Virus record (IMG/VR): IMGVR_UViG_3300022695_000065
Location: 5,937 to 69,936 of that record
Direction: 5' to 3' (one strand)
Source: a virus
Taxonomy: Duplodnaviria > Caudoviricetes
Length of the DNA stretch: 64,000 nt
Of the stretch, positions 36,970 through 46,434 are shown piece by piece (within the stretch, counting starts at the first letter, position 1; the number at the start of each line of letters is the position of its first letter). The translations under genes and the position numbers were made by a program. Under the pieces are notes generated by a model, which was not told the origin of the DNA, ran no database searches, and saw only the letters and a program-made list of their open reading frames with translations.

Positions 36970-37785
36970 CTAAATATGGCAATCTACTATACAAACCCAT
37001 TGATCAGGTTTTACTGTAGACATAATAGCATTAAATTGTTCCGCCCAAATCTGAATTTTTTTTCTATTAGAAACCATACCAAACCAACCCATACTGCCAT
37101 TCTCATACCACTCACCGTCTTTTAATACAGCAAAAGTACTGAATAAATATTCTTCGTTAGATATAGTCTCGGTAGTGTCAGTTTCTTTTATACCATACAT
37201 TACAGAAATATTTTTCCAGTTAGGTTTTTCCCCTTTTGGTAAATCTTGGTTCTTTTTTAAAACCTTGCAATAAGTTTCTAGCTTTCGTGACATATACGTT
37301 TTTTTCATAGCATCAAAATCAATATTTTTCATTTGAACCATATCAAAATTATTTTTAGATTGGTTACTTAAAAATGAGCCTTCACCTTGAATAGCTTCTG
37401 CATCATTTTTAGCATATAACATACCTTGCCACCTACCACCAATAGAATACCAATCCCACTTGGATTTAGGGTTATAAGTAGATAATAGATTTTTATCTTT
37501 ATCAAGATCACCATCGTAAATAAACTGATAACCATATTCTTCATCAGTCATAGATTCTGCTGATTTAATGCTTTTTTTAAGATAGTCACAATTATACTTA
37601 TCTTCGCAGTGAGACTCACTTAATTTATTACGCCATAAATCTAGATTTACTTTTCTTTCTGAAAGAATTTGTTTTCTAGTTTTAGAAATATACTCTAGAA
37701 CTTCTATATGCTCGCTAAAAGAGGCTAAAGCCTCTTCTAAATCATCAGGATTATCTAAAATAACTGTTACTGTAAAATGTGACAT
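36970..37785 (-). CDS. Conserved phage hypothetical protein (MSHF..NPKSKWDWYSIGGRW..VDCHI family)
   Basis: Recognisable N-terminal, central and C-terminal motifs. Confidence 0.7.
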   Translation of the reverse strand: MSHFTVTVILDNPDDLEEALASFSEHIEVLEYISKTRKQILSERKVNLDLWRNKLSESHCEDKYNCDYLKKSIKSAESMTDEEYGYQFIYDGDLDKDKNLLSTYNPKSKWDWYSIGGRWQGMLYAKNDAEAIQGEGSFLSNQSKNNFDMVQMKNIDFDAMKKTYMSRKLETYCKVLKKNQDLPKGEKPNWKNISVMYGIKETDTTETISNEEYLFSTFAVLKDGEWYENGSMGWFGMVSNRKKIQIWAEQFNAIMSTVKPDQWVCIVDCHI

Positions 37786-37791
37786 TATTTA

Positions 37792-37974
37792 TTACTTTCT
37801 TTTTTTAATCATAATTTCTATATCTGTAATAAGACTTTTATAGATATTTACTTCTTGTGGATCATTTGTATTATTCATAGTATTTTTTAATTCTTCTATT
37901 ACCTTATTTAATATAAATATAGTCTTAGGTAAGTAACTATCAGTAGACATATTAGAACCTTCTCCGAGCAGCAA
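37792..37974 (-). CDS. Small hypothetical protein
   Basis: ORF track. Confidence 0.4.
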   Translation of the reverse strand: MLLGEGSNMSTDSYLPKTIFILNKVIEELKNTMNNTNDPQEVNIYKSLITDIEIMIKKRK

Positions 37975-38080
37975 TACAAAACCCTCAATACACGAAAGCT
38001 ATATTCTAGGTACAAACGTACCAGAAATAATTTACGTTAATTCTGAGGGTTAAAATGCTTTAATTTAAGTATATATTTAA

Positions 38081-38365
38081 TTATGTTATTTCATAAGATA
38101 AATTAATATCTAATCTTGGTTCTTTTGTAATAAAGAAACCAATTCTATTAGATATATGGTAGCCATCAATAATAATTGTATCACCATCTTCTGATTCAAT
38201 AAAAGTCCATACTTTATTATATGGAGTGTTTTTTATAAATTCTAATTCTTCTCCATAAGTTTCAAACATAGTACCTTTAAATGATGCTCTATCATCTAGA
38301 TGATTTTTGATTGGCTCAAATGTATCAAACCAAGTATTAATACTTAATTCTATAACCCCACTCAT
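38081..38365 (-). CDS. Conserved phage hypothetical protein (FETYGEE..VWT..GYHxxNRIG)
   Basis: Motif recognition; coupled to the primase stop. Confidence 0.65.
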   Translation of the reverse strand: MSGVIELSINTWFDTFEPIKNHLDDRASFKGTMFETYGEELEFIKNTPYNKVWTFIESEDGDTIIIDGYHISNRIGFFITKEPRLDINLSYEIT

Positions 38366-40530
38366 GAATTTATATCTCTTTTATGAATTGCTTTAGATGT
38401 TGTTACCATAATAGTACTCATTATTTCTGTTTCATCCATTTTATCAGATAATTTATTATTTAAAGCTAATAGATTATTTTGTATAGAATCTATATTCATA
38501 CCTGAATCAACTAACATAAGAGCATATTTAATTAATTGATTACTTCTATTACCTGAACCAGTATTACTTACAAACCATCTTTCTAAATTAGACAATGATT
38601 GCTGGTTATTAATTATCTTCTTACGTTCTTCATTTTTAGTTGTTTTAGGAATAAATAAGAGTGCATTTAATAATTCACCATTATTATAAAAATAATTACC
38701 ATTATGGGTCATCCATTTTCTTGATCTTTGATCTGTTTGTTGATCAACATCGAAGGGAAGCCATTCATAAATATTATGTATAAATTCTTTAAAATCGTCT
38801 TTATCCATAGTTAAAGTATGACTTAATGGTAATATAATTCTAAATCTATTATTATTAACTGTATGTCTTTTAGTGGTATATATAAGATATTTATAATTTT
38901 GTAATAATAATTTAGCTGTATCTAATGATACACCATCATCAATATCTATTACCGCCATATTAAATCCAGGTATTACATTATCTTCTTTTCTGTAATTATC
39001 TAATAAATGATGTGATACCCAATGATAATTAGATAGTTGAGTTAATTTGTGTAACTCTTTAAATTTAGCTTTATTATTAATATAATCAGAAGCTAATTTA
39101 GTACTATATGAAATAATCATTTCATTAATATTGGTTTCAATTAATGATTCTCCTTTAAGAAATTCTATGCCATCAGTAATAATCTTTTTAATTATGATAT
39201 TATTTTTATAACCATAAGCTATAGCAAGACTCATCATTTCACGTTTTTGATTTTCTGGCCCTTTATAAAAAGGTAAATCTTCAATTATATCTGCATGAGT
39301 AACTTCTTTATTTACTGTAGCTATATAATTAGCTAATTTTACATAGTTTCTTTCTCTTGTTAAAAGTCTTTTAAAACTTTTACCTGATTCCTCTACTAAT
39401 TTAATAGCATTATATAAATGATCCTCAGTAAGACTTGGACTGTTATCAATAAATGCATAAGCACCAGCTAATTTAGTAGCTTTAAAGTATCTATGACTAA
39501 TTTCAGCTTTTTGTATTTCTTCATAGTCAGATAAAGAATTAGCTAATTTTTCACATATTAATTTATATTCAATTATTAAAAGACTTACACTTTTACTAAC
39601 TTGAATAAATGTATTAAAATTAGTAATATCAGCAAGATTCCCTAATTTATTAGATAAGTCTAATAAGAAATCATTAGCTTTATTATCTGTAAGCATATCA
39701 TAGATTTCATTGGGAGTTAATTTAGTATTTTTTGCTGATTGTTTACTATATCCAAATATGCATCTCCTTGCATAACCAGTTTCTAGCATAGTAAAGAATT
39801 CTTCTTCTACTTTACTGCCATTAAGTAATTTAGCTGGAGTACCAAATAACATCATATTAGTAGGAGTTTTACCTGTAATCTCTTCTCCACGAATATTTTC
39901 TGTTGTATTTTTAGTAAGTTTTTGTTTTACTTTACCTACATCAAATAATTCTAAAAAAGTATTTAATACATCAATATTACCTAATAAATTAGAACCAATT
40001 TCATCAATTTCCATATTCATGGAACCGGCATTAGCCATTAATAGTTTATGCCTCATTTGTTTAACAGCAGCAGTAGTACCACTATCAAAAGAAAAAGCTA
40101 AATTACCAAGTAATTTAAATTCTTTTTTTACATTTTCTAGTTCTACAAGTTCATCTATATTTTTCTTTATAGCTCTTTTATGAGCTAATTTTTCTAAATT
40201 AAGTTGTGCTGTTACTGAGAAAGTATCTTCTAAAAATACTTCTCTAAAAGTATTAATTACTTTTTCTTCTACTATATTAGTTGAGTGACCTTTTCCTTCA
40301 CCTGAAGAAGCTAAATTAATAGCATATAAGTTTACAGGTATATCTCCCCTATCATGTGTAGCTATTTTAGCTCTCATCATAGAAGCTAATTTTGCAAAGT
40401 AGTAAGCTACTAATATATGAAAGAATAATTTATTATTACTTTGAGTTTTTTGTACTAAAACATTCACTAATTTATTAGCAATAGGATGATAAACTATACT
40501 ATCAAAATTTTTCATTTTAATTATTTTCAA
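38362..40530 (-). CDS. DNA primase-like protein (N4 gp43-like)
   Basis: GEGKGHS, FDSGTTAAVKQMR, ETGYARRC, DIDDG and a C-terminal GNRSNQLIKYA PriCT-like segment. Confidence 0.88.
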   Translation of the reverse strand: MKIIKMKNFDSIVYHPIANKLVNVLVQKTQSNNKLFFHILVAYYFAKLASMMRAKIATHDRGDIPVNLYAINLASSGEGKGHSTNIVEEKVINTFREVFLEDTFSVTAQLNLEKLAHKRAIKKNIDELVELENVKKEFKLLGNLAFSFDSGTTAAVKQMRHKLLMANAGSMNMEIDEIGSNLLGNIDVLNTFLELFDVGKVKQKLTKNTTENIRGEEITGKTPTNMMLFGTPAKLLNGSKVEEEFFTMLETGYARRCIFGYSKQSAKNTKLTPNEIYDMLTDNKANDFLLDLSNKLGNLADITNFNTFIQVSKSVSLLIIEYKLICEKLANSLSDYEEIQKAEISHRYFKATKLAGAYAFIDNSPSLTEDHLYNAIKLVEESGKSFKRLLTRERNYVKLANYIATVNKEVTHADIIEDLPFYKGPENQKREMMSLAIAYGYKNNIIIKKIITDGIEFLKGESLIETNINEMIISYSTKLASDYINNKAKFKELHKLTQLSNYHWVSHHLLDNYRKEDNVIPGFNMAVIDIDDGVSLDTAKLLLQNYKYLIYTTKRHTVNNNRFRIILPLSHTLTMDKDDFKEFIHNIYEWLPFDVDQQTDQRSRKWMTHNGNYFYNNGELLNALLFIPKTTKNEERKKIINNQQSLSNLERWFVSNTGSGNRSNQLIKYALMLVDSGMNIDSIQNNLLALNNKLSDKMDETEIMSTIMVTTSKAIHKRDINS

Positions 40531-40533
40531 TAT

Positions 40534-40845
40534 TTATTTTTTAAGTTCAGTTGATTCTGGCAAAGAATTCCTATCTATTTTACCTTGCCATATTTTAGAT
40601 ATAGTTGTTCTCGATTTATTCATTTTAAATCTATGATTAACTAAATTAACTACTACATCTGTAGTTACTTTATTTTTAGGGTGTAACTTATTGTAAGTCA
40701 TAATATTATTATATTTATTCATAATATAATCATAGTGTAATTTTGTAAATTTAGTTAAATCATATTTTTTTCTTATAATTTTATTTTCAGTTTTAAACTT
40801 AAAAAATTTATAAAACCAATTTTTAATTAATTTAATTAAATACAT
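40534..40845 (-). CDS. Hypothetical protein with a possible C-terminal HTH
   Basis: KSRTTISKIWQGK resembles a recognition helix. Confidence 0.55.
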   Translation of the reverse strand: MYLIKLIKNWFYKFFKFKTENKIIRKKYDLTKFTKLHYDYIMNKYNNIMTYNKLHPKNKVTTDVVVNLVNHRFKMNKSRTTISKIWQGKIDRNSLPESTELKK

Positions 40846-40861
40846 TTTATTATCCTTTAAA

Positions 40862-41842
40862 TTAGATTATTAATGTTCCATTTAGTAAATATTCATCTTT
40901 TTGTTCACATATATTAAAAGCTTTACAATATCTACAAGCTACTACAGAGCCTTTAACTTCTTTTACAATCCCTATTCCACCATCTTCAGCTAATTTTGTA
41001 TTAGCAGCAGTAATATTATCAAAATTCTTTGTGCTTCTATTAGTATTAGCAGGATTTTTATAATATTTAAATATAGATGGTTTTCTCCATAAATCTTTTG
41101 AACTACAAGGCGGAATATTATCTTCGTTAGCATTTATTAAATTTTTAATTTGAATAGTTTTATTTCTTACATATTCTTCAGTTTCTTGAATAGATAATAA
41201 ATTTAAACTATCAGTCATTATAGCTTTAGGAGGATAATTTTTACTACTTTTTATTAATCCTTGTTTCCAATCTTTAAATAAATATTGTATATTAATCTTA
41301 TTACTTGTTATTTTATCCTGATTTAACCATCTATATATACTGCCTTGTAGAGAATGTTTTATACCCCCTGTTCTATGAATCCATGTATATACAGATGTTG
41401 TTTTAAAATCTTCTAATTTACCTTCAATAACAAAATCAAATTTACCTGATATAGTAAATCCATTTATTAATTTATTAGACCGTTGTTCCATATAAATAGG
41501 TATAATAGAATTATCATTTTTTAATTCTGTATCTGTTGGATTTAATTTAACTTTTTTAATTACAACATCAGGATAACCTAGTTCTTTCATTAATCTATCT
41601 TTATGGTTTAACCATGAATCTTCAATGCCACTATGTATTGCTGTTCCTATTCTATTAGCGATATTATCAGATATATCTTCTATAGAATCTACAGGTGTAA
41701 TACGCATACCAAGAATTATTTGTTTAAGAGATTTTATGATAGTAGTTACACTAATAGTATTAGACAATATAGCTGGTTCATAATGATCATGAGCTAACCA
41801 TAGAGCTAATGATAAAGAAATATTATCTTTATTAGTAAACAT
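40862..41842 (-). CDS. PD-(D/E)XK exonuclease (N4 gp42-like)
   Basis: ISGKFDFVIEGKLEDFKTTS; C-terminal CRYC..C; gene order. Confidence 0.85.
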   Translation of the reverse strand: MFTNKDNISLSLALWLAHDHYEPAILSNTISVTTIIKSLKQIILGMRITPVDSIEDISDNIANRIGTAIHSGIEDSWLNHKDRLMKELGYPDVVIKKVKLNPTDTELKNDNSIIPIYMEQRSNKLINGFTISGKFDFVIEGKLEDFKTTSVYTWIHRTGGIKHSLQGSIYRWLNQDKITSNKINIQYLFKDWKQGLIKSSKNYPPKAIMTDSLNLLSIQETEEYVRNKTIQIKNLINANEDNIPPCSSKDLWRKPSIFKYYKNPANTNRSTKNFDNITAANTKLAEDGGIGIVKEVKGSVVACRYCKAFNICEQKDEYLLNGTLII

Positions 41843-41858
41843 TTTATTTCTACTTTCA

Positions 41859-42125
41859 TTAATATATACGTAAATGAGTTATTAAAGGCATAGTTTTATA
41901 CACAACAAAATTTATTTTTATATCATTTTTACAAAAATATTTAATAGGTTCTTTTAAAGATATGGAATTAATAAAAATAAATTCTTCTTTACTACAATTT
42001 TTCTATTCATTTTTTATAAGAATTTCTATATTAGTAATTAAACTATTTAATTTTTTATGAGCAAACATTTTTTCTATATTAGGAATATTTTTAATAAATT
42101 TCTGTATAGAAATATTTTTATTCAT
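41859..42125 (-). pseudogene. Tandem paralogue of 42127-42474 with an in-frame TAG at codon 41
   Basis: MNKNISIQKFIKNIPNIEKMFAHKKL vs MINKQISIQEFIENIPDIEKIFAYNKL; the frame stays open after the TAG to ..THLRIY*. Confidence 0.6.
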
Positions 42126-42126
42126 T

Positions 42127-42474
42127 TTATTTTTTATCCCTTAATAAATCTAGTCTTAAAATAGTTCTTATATCCATATAATTAGATATATAAAAACTTA
42201 TAAAAATATTATTTTTACCTATATTTCTATTCATTATTATACTTGTATCTTTTTTTAAACTTGGTTTATTAAATAAAGCAATACTATCATCAGATTTCCA
42301 CCCGTCTATTTTAAAAGCTTCTTTAAGTAATTTATAATAATTACCCCGCCAATTATAATTTACAGAAATTTCAGTACCACTAGTTAATCTAGCTAATTTA
42401 TTATAAGCAAATATTTTTTCTATATCAGGTATATTTTCAATAAATTCTTGTATAGATATTTGTTTATTAATCAT
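42127..42474 (-). CDS. Hypothetical protein
   Basis: ORF; has a degenerate tandem paralogue. Confidence 0.6.
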   Translation of the reverse strand: MINKQISIQEFIENIPDIEKIFAYNKLARLTSGTEISVNYNWRGNYYKLLKEAFKIDGWKSDDSIALFNKPSLKKDTSIIMNRNIGKNNIFISFYISNYMDIRTILRLDLLRDKK

Positions 42475-42507
42475 AAAAACCCTTAAATTTAATTAATCAA
42501 TAAAAGG

Positions 42508-43749
42508 CTACGGAGTAGCCTTAGATGGTTTAAATTTATCAATCACTTTTAATATCTCTGCTTTAGATAATCTATTAGGTATTACACAACTCTCAGACCA
42601 ATCAGGATAATAAATATTTAATTCTCCTCCTAATTTAATCTTATTATGTCTAAGTTCTGGTAAATCTTGCCATTCCATACATTCAATTAAATTATCATTA
42701 ACCCATTTAAGACATCCTATTGAATCTTTAATTATGAAATACTGGGAATCATGTATCTGAGCTATTGGTTTAATATCTAAAGCATATTTTGAATTTAATA
42801 CTCTTTGTTGAAACTCTATTCCTGCTCTATTATTTAATAAACCATAAGACTGACCTAAAGCATTACCTGCTGATCTACTTTCAGCAGATGCTTCATATGG
42901 TGTATATGATTTATTTAAATAAGTTTGAGCTAATATAGGAGTTCTTACTCTTAATCCAAAGGCTACAGTAACATATCCATTTATTGTAGCTTTATTTAAT
43001 CTTGCTTTAACCCAATCATCAGATACTTTATATAATTCATGATATTGTTTTTCAATTCTTTTAGCTTCTTCTATAGGTAAACCTATATTATTAACTAATG
43101 TATGCCAAGTTCCCAAATAAGTAAGTGCAAAAGTTGGAGTTTTTGAATCTTGCCTTAATGCGGGATATTTTTGTTTAATTGAATTAATGCTTTCTACTGT
43201 ATTAATAATTCCTTTAAGTTTATTTTTATAATAAGAATAAGCTCTTAAACAATGTCCATCAAACCCTCTAATATAAACTTTTTGTTTATTAGGGTCTTTT
43301 GTTATTAGGGCTGATATTTTATCTTCTAATGAAGTAAAATCAGCTCCTACTAATATCCAACCTTTAAGAGCTGTAAAACATTGTTTTATTAAAGTACCGT
43401 AAATAGTACCTGTATTAGGTAAATTTTGAAGATTAACTTTAGAATTATGTACAAAAATACCATTAGCTAAGAAGCTGCTATCATCTTTGATTTCCAAGTC
43501 ATAAACTCGTGTAATTCCCACATAGTCAACTTGTTGTATATCTGACTCTTCGAGTGTAATCTGGCATGAGCTGCTCTGGTTAATAGAGCTAGATTTTTTA
43601 TAGAGTTGTGTGTTTTGTCGAAATCTACATGATGCACCTCGAATCCTAAAGGTATTTCCGTCATACCAAGGTTTTCGCAAATAACAATATGATGTTTGAA
43701 TACATATTTTGATCCAGTTTTTCCAGCGAACCAATTTGGTTTTAAACAT
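42508..43749 (-). CDS. Family A DNA polymerase, C-terminal half, preceded by the C-part of a split intein (ends ..VHN at 43444; Ser+1 at 43441-43443)
   Basis: Intein blocks F/G VYDLEIKDDSSFLANGIFVHN|S; Pol motifs GADFTSLE (A), RQDSKTPTFALTY (B), QIHDSQ (C). Confidence 0.9.
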   Translation of the reverse strand: MFKTKLVRWKNWIKICIQTSYCYLRKPWYDGNTFRIRGASCRFRQNTQLYKKSSSINQSSSCQITLEESDIQQVDYVGITRVYDLEIKDDSSFLANGIFVHNSKVNLQNLPNTGTIYGTLIKQCFTALKGWILVGADFTSLEDKISALITKDPNKQKVYIRGFDGHCLRAYSYYKNKLKGIINTVESINSIKQKYPALRQDSKTPTFALTYLGTWHTLVNNIGLPIEEAKRIEKQYHELYKVSDDWVKARLNKATINGYVTVAFGLRVRTPILAQTYLNKSYTPYEASAESRSAGNALGQSYGLLNNRAGIEFQQRVLNSKYALDIKPIAQIHDSQYFIIKDSIGCLKWVNDNLIECMEWQDLPELRHNKIKLGGELNIYYPDWSESCVIPNRLSKAEILKVIDKFKPSKATP

Positions 43750-44469
43750 TGTATGTAACCGTTTTCTGTTAAAAGCTCTCCTATAAAATTATGGTGTAAT
43801 TCACCAAATTTATTTTTCATAGGATTTAATTCTCCAGCTTTACTTCTACTATATGATAAAGAAGTTTTAGCTACCCACTCTTCTTTACTATAAGTTGAAA
43901 GAACTATTTGTTTAATTTTAGATCTTCGTATTTTTAATCGTTTACCAAGTTGTTCTGAAGTAGTAGTGTCTAAAGAATCTTTAAACCATTTAAGTATTGT
44001 AGGAGTTATTAATTTTAATCTATTTTCTTTTATTATTGCTAGTCGTAAAAGCTTACGCTCTTTTAATTCTTTAGAAGAATAATGGTTTTTAATTATAGGT
44101 GATATTACTTTACGTGAATATCCTAAACAAACACCTATTTCTTCTATATTTTTAAGAGAACCATCTTCGTATAAGTTTAACACCTTTTGAATAAAGTGAA
44201 GATTTTCGTGCAATGCCATAATTATTTTTTCCATATAATGAGTCTAAAGATAAAAACCCTTGAGTAGTTAATAACCTATGATTACCTGTACAAGTAATAG
44301 ATTTACCATTGCATAAAGTTATTTTATAGACTTTAGCCATACCTGAATCTACTACTCCCACTACTGGTTTCCAATTACCTTTATGGGTTAATACTTCGGT
44401 TCCTAGAGTGATATTTATAATATCTACTAAACCTTCCTTAGACTGTACCATAATTCCTTTAGGTAAACA
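43444..44469 (-). mobile_element. Split intein plus HNH element inserted at GRLSS/SKVNLQNLP of the DNA polymerase
   Basis: Removing the element restores the PolA-type GRLSSSxxNLQNLP motif in frame. Confidence 0.88.
43467..44234 (-). CDS. HNH homing endonuclease, out of frame, overlapping both polymerase/intein halves
   Basis: KYVFKHHIV..EVHHVDFDKTHNSIKNLALL..HARLH; NUMOD3-like KAGELNPM. Confidence 0.9.
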   Translation of the reverse strand: MEKIIMALHENLHFIQKVLNLYEDGSLKNIEEIGVCLGYSRKVISPIIKNHYSSKELKERKLLRLAIIKENRLKLITPTILKWFKDSLDTTTSEQLGKRLKIRRSKIKQIVLSTYSKEEWVAKTSLSYSRSKAGELNPMKNKFGELHHNFIGELLTENGYIQCLKPNWFAGKTGSKYVFKHHIVICENLGMTEIPLGFEVHHVDFDKTHNSIKNLALLTRAAHARLHSKSQIYNKLTMWELHEFMTWKSKMIAAS

Positions 44470-46170
44470 ACTAGATAGTCTACCACTTAATGCGCCGCCT
44501 ATATTAAAATTACCATGGAGATACCATAAACCATCATCTTTAAAAATAGTTTTATATTTAAAAGCTTCTATAAAAGTATTTAATATTATATTTGTTTCAG
44601 ATAAATGTATTAAAGCATTTATAATATCTAGTTTTTTTTTATCGGTAGTAGTATTTAATAATTTTTTTAATGTTTTATTGCCTACAGCAGCTTCACCAGT
44701 ATCTGTTTTATCTATTTCAGGTAACTTTAAAAAAGCATATAATAATCTTCTGGTTTGTAATGTGCTTTTAGGATTAAAAACAATATTTTTAAAACTTTCA
44801 AAAGGCTTAACTTTTACTTTTAATAATAAATTTTCTTTTATAAAAGCATCTTTTTGTAAAAATAAATTATAATCTTTAATTAATTTAGAATTATGTAAAA
44901 TAACCTCTTGTGTTGTTTTAATATTACTTAACTTATTTTCTGCTATAAATATTTTATTCATATTCATAGGCATACCAGATAATTCCATTTGTAATATAAC
45001 TTTTATACTAGGAATTAATATTTTATTATAAACATATTCTTGTTTATCTTTTATCATAATAGGTAGATTTTTATCTCTAACATACCAAGTTGATAAACAA
45101 TCAATTAAGTTATATTTTAATAATTCATGTAAAGGTATTTTTTTAATATCATTAATATCATCCTTTGCATAATTACCTGCAAATTCATGAGCATTTTCTT
45201 TAAGAGATAGATTATTTCCTGATGTAGAATTAGTAGCTAAATAAGTTATTATTTTTGTATCATCTATATTTTTAGTTAAAGCTTCTAATCCATTTATTAA
45301 ACCTTGTTGGTTTAATAATTCAGCTTTCATATATAATTCAAATATAATAATTTTTATATCATAATTAGCATTATGGTAAATTAATTTACCTTTATATGTA
45401 TTAAAGAAATTAAGTAGTAAATTACGTATTTTTATATTTATTACAAATATATCATAATTACCTGTTGAATAAGATTTAGCAACACTAGAAAGTTCTTTAT
45501 AATCACAAGCAAATGCTACACCATTATGCTTATCCCACGCAAATGCAATAGTAGCTATTCCTGCTTTATTAAACTCTAATGAAAAAGTTTCTATATCTAC
45601 TGTTAAAGCAGGATACTGATGTAAGCTTGCTAACGTAAGCGAAACTTCATCAACAGTGCTCGGAAAGGCTTCTGAGTGTATAATAGAGTCTCCGAGACTT
45701 ACATACGTTCCTTGCTGGTATTTTCTTAATGTACTTAATGAAAGATTAATTTTATTTTTTAATTTTGGATCATAGAATAATCTTTGATAATTTACTCCTA
45801 AGATTATTTTTAAATGCTCATATCCTTTAATTTTACAATTAAGTATATAGCCATAATAAGGTTCTACTTTTCTTACTTTTGTTAATGTTTTAAAATAATT
45901 ACTATCACAAACATATAATATATTTATTTCTAGATGTTTTATAGATTGTAATAAATTATTTAAATATTCTTTTATAAGTTTAGCTGGAGCTTTATTTTGA
46001 ATATTATATTTTAAACTAAAAGCAATAATATCATCATTATTTAATGATAAAGTAGAAAGATAATTATCTTCAATAAATTTCTTATGTAATGCAGCCTCTT
46101 TAATTAATAATGCTATTTTATAAGGATTATTCAATAAATAGTTTTTATCTCTAAATATTATATGTTTCAT
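44152..46170 (-). CDS. Family A DNA polymerase, N-terminal half (3'-5' exonuclease), followed by the N-part of a split intein (Cys1 at 44467-44469)
   Basis: Exo motifs TVDIETF, HNANYD, YNLIDC; GRLSS|CLPKG (block A); CTGNHRLLT (block B TxxH). Confidence 0.92.
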   Translation of the reverse strand: MKHIIFRDKNYLLNNPYKIALLIKEAALHKKFIEDNYLSTLSLNNDDIIAFSLKYNIQNKAPAKLIKEYLNNLLQSIKHLEINILYVCDSNYFKTLTKVRKVEPYYGYILNCKIKGYEHLKIILGVNYQRLFYDPKLKNKINLSLSTLRKYQQGTYVSLGDSIIHSEAFPSTVDEVSLTLASLHQYPALTVDIETFSLEFNKAGIATIAFAWDKHNGVAFACDYKELSSVAKSYSTGNYDIFVINIKIRNLLLNFFNTYKGKLIYHNANYDIKIIIFELYMKAELLNQQGLINGLEALTKNIDDTKIITYLATNSTSGNNLSLKENAHEFAGNYAKDDINDIKKIPLHELLKYNLIDCLSTWYVRDKNLPIMIKDKQEYVYNKILIPSIKVILQMELSGMPMNMNKIFIAENKLSNIKTTQEVILHNSKLIKDYNLFLQKDAFIKENLLLKVKVKPFESFKNIVFNPKSTLQTRRLLYAFLKLPEIDKTDTGEAAVGNKTLKKLLNTTTDKKKLDIINALIHLSETNIILNTFIEAFKYKTIFKDDGLWYLHGNFNIGGALSGRLSSCLPKGIMVQSKEGLVDIINITLGTEVLTHKGNWKPVVGVVDSGMAKVYKITLCNGKSITCTGNHRLLTTQGFLSLDSLYGKNNYGIARKSSLYSKGVKLIRRWFS

Positions 46171-46181
46171 TATATTAATAA

Positions 46182-46418
46182 CTATGTATTTTTAAATTTA
46201 GAGTTATTAGATAATCTTCTATTATACAATTTATTTTTTATTCTTCTTAAATCTGTATTAGATAATTTCCATTCTTCTTTATTATTATAGTATAATACTT
46301 TTGTTTTAAGTGCTTTCATTGCTGTATTTGAAGCTACAATAAATAAATCTTTTTTAAAACATATTTTTTTTTCTACTTTTATAACTATACCTTCAATTAT
46401 AAATTTTAAATTTAGCAT
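46182..46418 (-). CDS. Hypothetical protein
   Basis: ORF track. Confidence 0.5.
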   Translation of the reverse strand: MLNLKFIIEGIVIKVEKKICFKKDLFIVASNTAMKALKTKVLYYNNKEEWKLSNTDLRRIKNKLYNRRLSNNSKFKNT

Positions 46419-46434
46419 AAATTTACCTTTATTA

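Noticed and set aside
36387-42125. Amber (TAG) codon reassignment, suggested by two genes with an in-frame TAG
   Set aside because: TAG ends genes at conserved C-termini (..VDCHI* at 36970, polymerase at 42508), long genes contain no internal TAG, and one of the two genes also has a frameshift.
43593-43599. A-AAA-AAT slippery heptamer as a -1 frameshift from the HNH frame into IntC
   Set aside because: Shifting here would cut the HNH motif before its last Asn/His, and a matching +1 shift at the 5' junction has no clear signal. Not excluded as a minor route.
43750-44151. Group I intron as the explanation for the DNA polymerase interruption
   Set aside because: No P/Q/R/S core elements are visible, unlike the RNAP2 intron; the flanks are clear intein blocks.
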